DNA of 64,000 nt from contig CANJPU010000009.1 of the NCBI GenBank assembly GCA_947476285.1, positions 3,630 through 67,629 of the forward strand. The letters run 5' to 3'. The stretch is from Comamonadaceae bacterium (GTDB lineage: Bacteria > Pseudomonadota > Gammaproteobacteria > Burkholderiales > Burkholderiaceae_C). Positions 62,652 to 64,000 of this stretch are shown piece by piece. The first letter of the stretch is position 1. Each line of letters starts with the position of its first letter. The notes beneath the pieces are model-generated. The model was not told where the DNA came from. It made no database searches and was given only the letters and a program-made list of their open reading frames with translations. Both the position numbers and the translations under genes were made by a program.

Positions 62652-63689
62652 ATGAATATGCGCTTGGTCCTTCAATCCGCCCTCGCTTTGGGGCTGGCTA
62701 CCGGCATGGCCGTCGCCCAGGCCCAGACCACCCCCATCAAGTTCCAGCTTGACTGGCGCTTCGAAGGGCCGGCTGCGCTCTTCCTCACGCCAGTGGCCAA
62801 GGGCTACTTCAAGAGCGCAGGGCTGGACGTGACCGTCGACGCGGGCAACGGCTCGGGCGGCGCGGTCACCCGGGTTGCCTCGGGCACTTATGACATCGGC
62901 TTTGCCGACCTGGCCGCGCTGATGGAATTCCACGCCAACAACCCGGATGCACCCAACAAGCCGGTGGCCATCATGATGGTCTACAACAACACGCCCGCAT
63001 CGGTGATGGCACTGAAGAAATCAGGCATCACCAAGCCGGCCGACCTGGTCGGCAAGAAGCTGGGTGCGCCGGTGTTTGACGCCGGGCGCCGCGCCTTCCC
63101 TATCTTTCAGAAAGCCAATGGCATCGGCGCAGTGAACTGGACCGCGATGGACCCGCCGCTGCGCGAGACCATGCTGGCGCGCGGCGATGTCGATGCCATC
63201 ACCGGCTTTACTTTCACCTCGCTGCTCAACCTGGAAGCACGGGGCGTGAAGGCCGAAGATGTGGTGGTGCTGCCCTACGCCGATTACGGCGTCAAGCTCT
63301 ATGGCAACGTGATCATCGCCACACCGAAGATCATTCGCGAGAACCCGGCCGCCGTGAAAGCCTTTCTCGCAGCCTTCACCAAGGGCGCCAAGGACGTGGT
63401 GGCCAAGCCCGAGGCCGCCATTGCCGATGTGAAAGCGCGCGACGGCATCATCAACACCACGCTGGAGACCCGCCGGCTGAAGCTGGCGATTGACACCGTG
63501 ATCAACAGCCCCGATGCCCGCGCCGAAGGCTTTGGCCAGATCAACCCGGGGCGGCTGGCGCTCATGGCCTCGCAGGTGTCAGATGCCTTCGCCACCAAGA
63601 CGCGGGTGAATCCGGACGCAGTGTGGAACGGCTCTTTCCTGCCACCCAAGGCGGAGTTGAACAGCGTGTTGCCCGCGCCTAAGAAATGA
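62652..63689 (+). CDS. NMT1/THI5-like ABC substrate-binding protein
   Basis: Signal peptide, FQLDWRFEG, GNGS, GFADL, LYGN. Confidence 0.9.
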   Translation: MNMRLVLQSALALGLATGMAVAQAQTTPIKFQLDWRFEGPAALFLTPVAKGYFKSAGLDVTVDAGNGSGGAVTRVASGTYDIGFADLAALMEFHANNPDAPNKPVAIMMVYNNTPASVMALKKSGITKPADLVGKKLGAPVFDAGRRAFPIFQKANGIGAVNWTAMDPPLRETMLARGDVDAITGFTFTSLLNLEARGVKAEDVVVLPYADYGVKLYGNVIIATPKIIRENPAAVKAFLAAFTKGAKDVVAKPEAAIADVKARDGIINTTLETRRLKLAIDTVINSPDARAEGFGQINPGRLALMASQVSDAFATKTRVNPDAVWNGSFLPPKAELNSVLPAPKK

Positions 63690-64000
63690 CGGCCGGCCTC
63701 GAAGACTACTTCGTCGATTTTCAGGACGTCTGGCTCGCCTACAACCCAGAGCTGCAGGCCCAGGGCCAGTTCGCGGTCGAAGCGATCGACCTGAAAGTCA
63801 AGCGTGGCGAGTTCATTGCCATCGTCGGGCCTTCGGGCTGCGGCAAATCAACCTTCATGAAGCTGGCCACGGGCCTGAAGCGCCCATCCAGGGGCCGCAT
63901 CCTGATCGACGGCCAGGCCGTGACCGGGCCGCTCAAAATCTCAGGCATGGCATTTCAAGCGCCCTCGCTGCTGCCATGGCGCACCACGGTGGACAACGTG
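63686..64000 (+). CDS. NitT/TauT-family ABC ATPase (partial)
   Basis: Manual translation from ATG 63686: MTAGLEDYFVDF..IVGPSGCGKST..AFQAPSLLPW. Confidence 0.9.
   Translation, partial: MTAGLEDYFVDFQDVWLAYNPELQAQGQFAVEAIDLKVKRGEFIAIVGPSGCGKSTFMKLATGLKRPSRGRILIDGQAVTGPLKISGMAFQAPSLLPWRTTVDNV

Overview
High-GC betaproteobacterial chromosome segment; gene content and protein sequences point to Comamonadaceae/Burkholderiales (inference, no database search). Left to right: a formate dehydrogenase region (HdrA-like ferredoxin, DUF3306/DUF3305, two-component pair, FDH alpha and NuoEF-like beta subunits, mrp/apbC); a truncated dinD with a LexA box, divergent from metG; sulP; an archaeal-type ATPase-nuclease; DUF3460-scpA-nadB; a TPR/GT41 glycosyltransferase; nadAC; housekeeping genes (gpsA, secB, grxC, gpmA, ctpA, moeB); an RND efflux operon with a coupled hydrolase; and a large purine catabolism region (xdhAB, BMP-type ABC importer, adenine deaminase, xdhC, puuD, uraH, puuE, uraD-allantoate amidohydrolase fusion, atypical M20 protein) interrupted by ttuC/ttuD-like genes, a Phd-PIN toxin-antitoxin pair and an FkbM methyltransferase; then maeB and an NMT1-type ABC transporter. 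Most notable: (1) a REP doublet translated in frame inside the FDH alpha subunit, matching a REP doublet at 59.6 kb in permuted order; (2) two homologous ~235-bp nested-hairpin elements with many compensatory changes, inverted around that doublet; (3) an M20 protein coupled to allantoate amidohydrolase with three canonical metal ligands replaced; (4) a LexA-boxed dinD remnant pointing into mrp-fdh. No tRNA, rRNA, CRISPR array, transposase or integrase was recognised.
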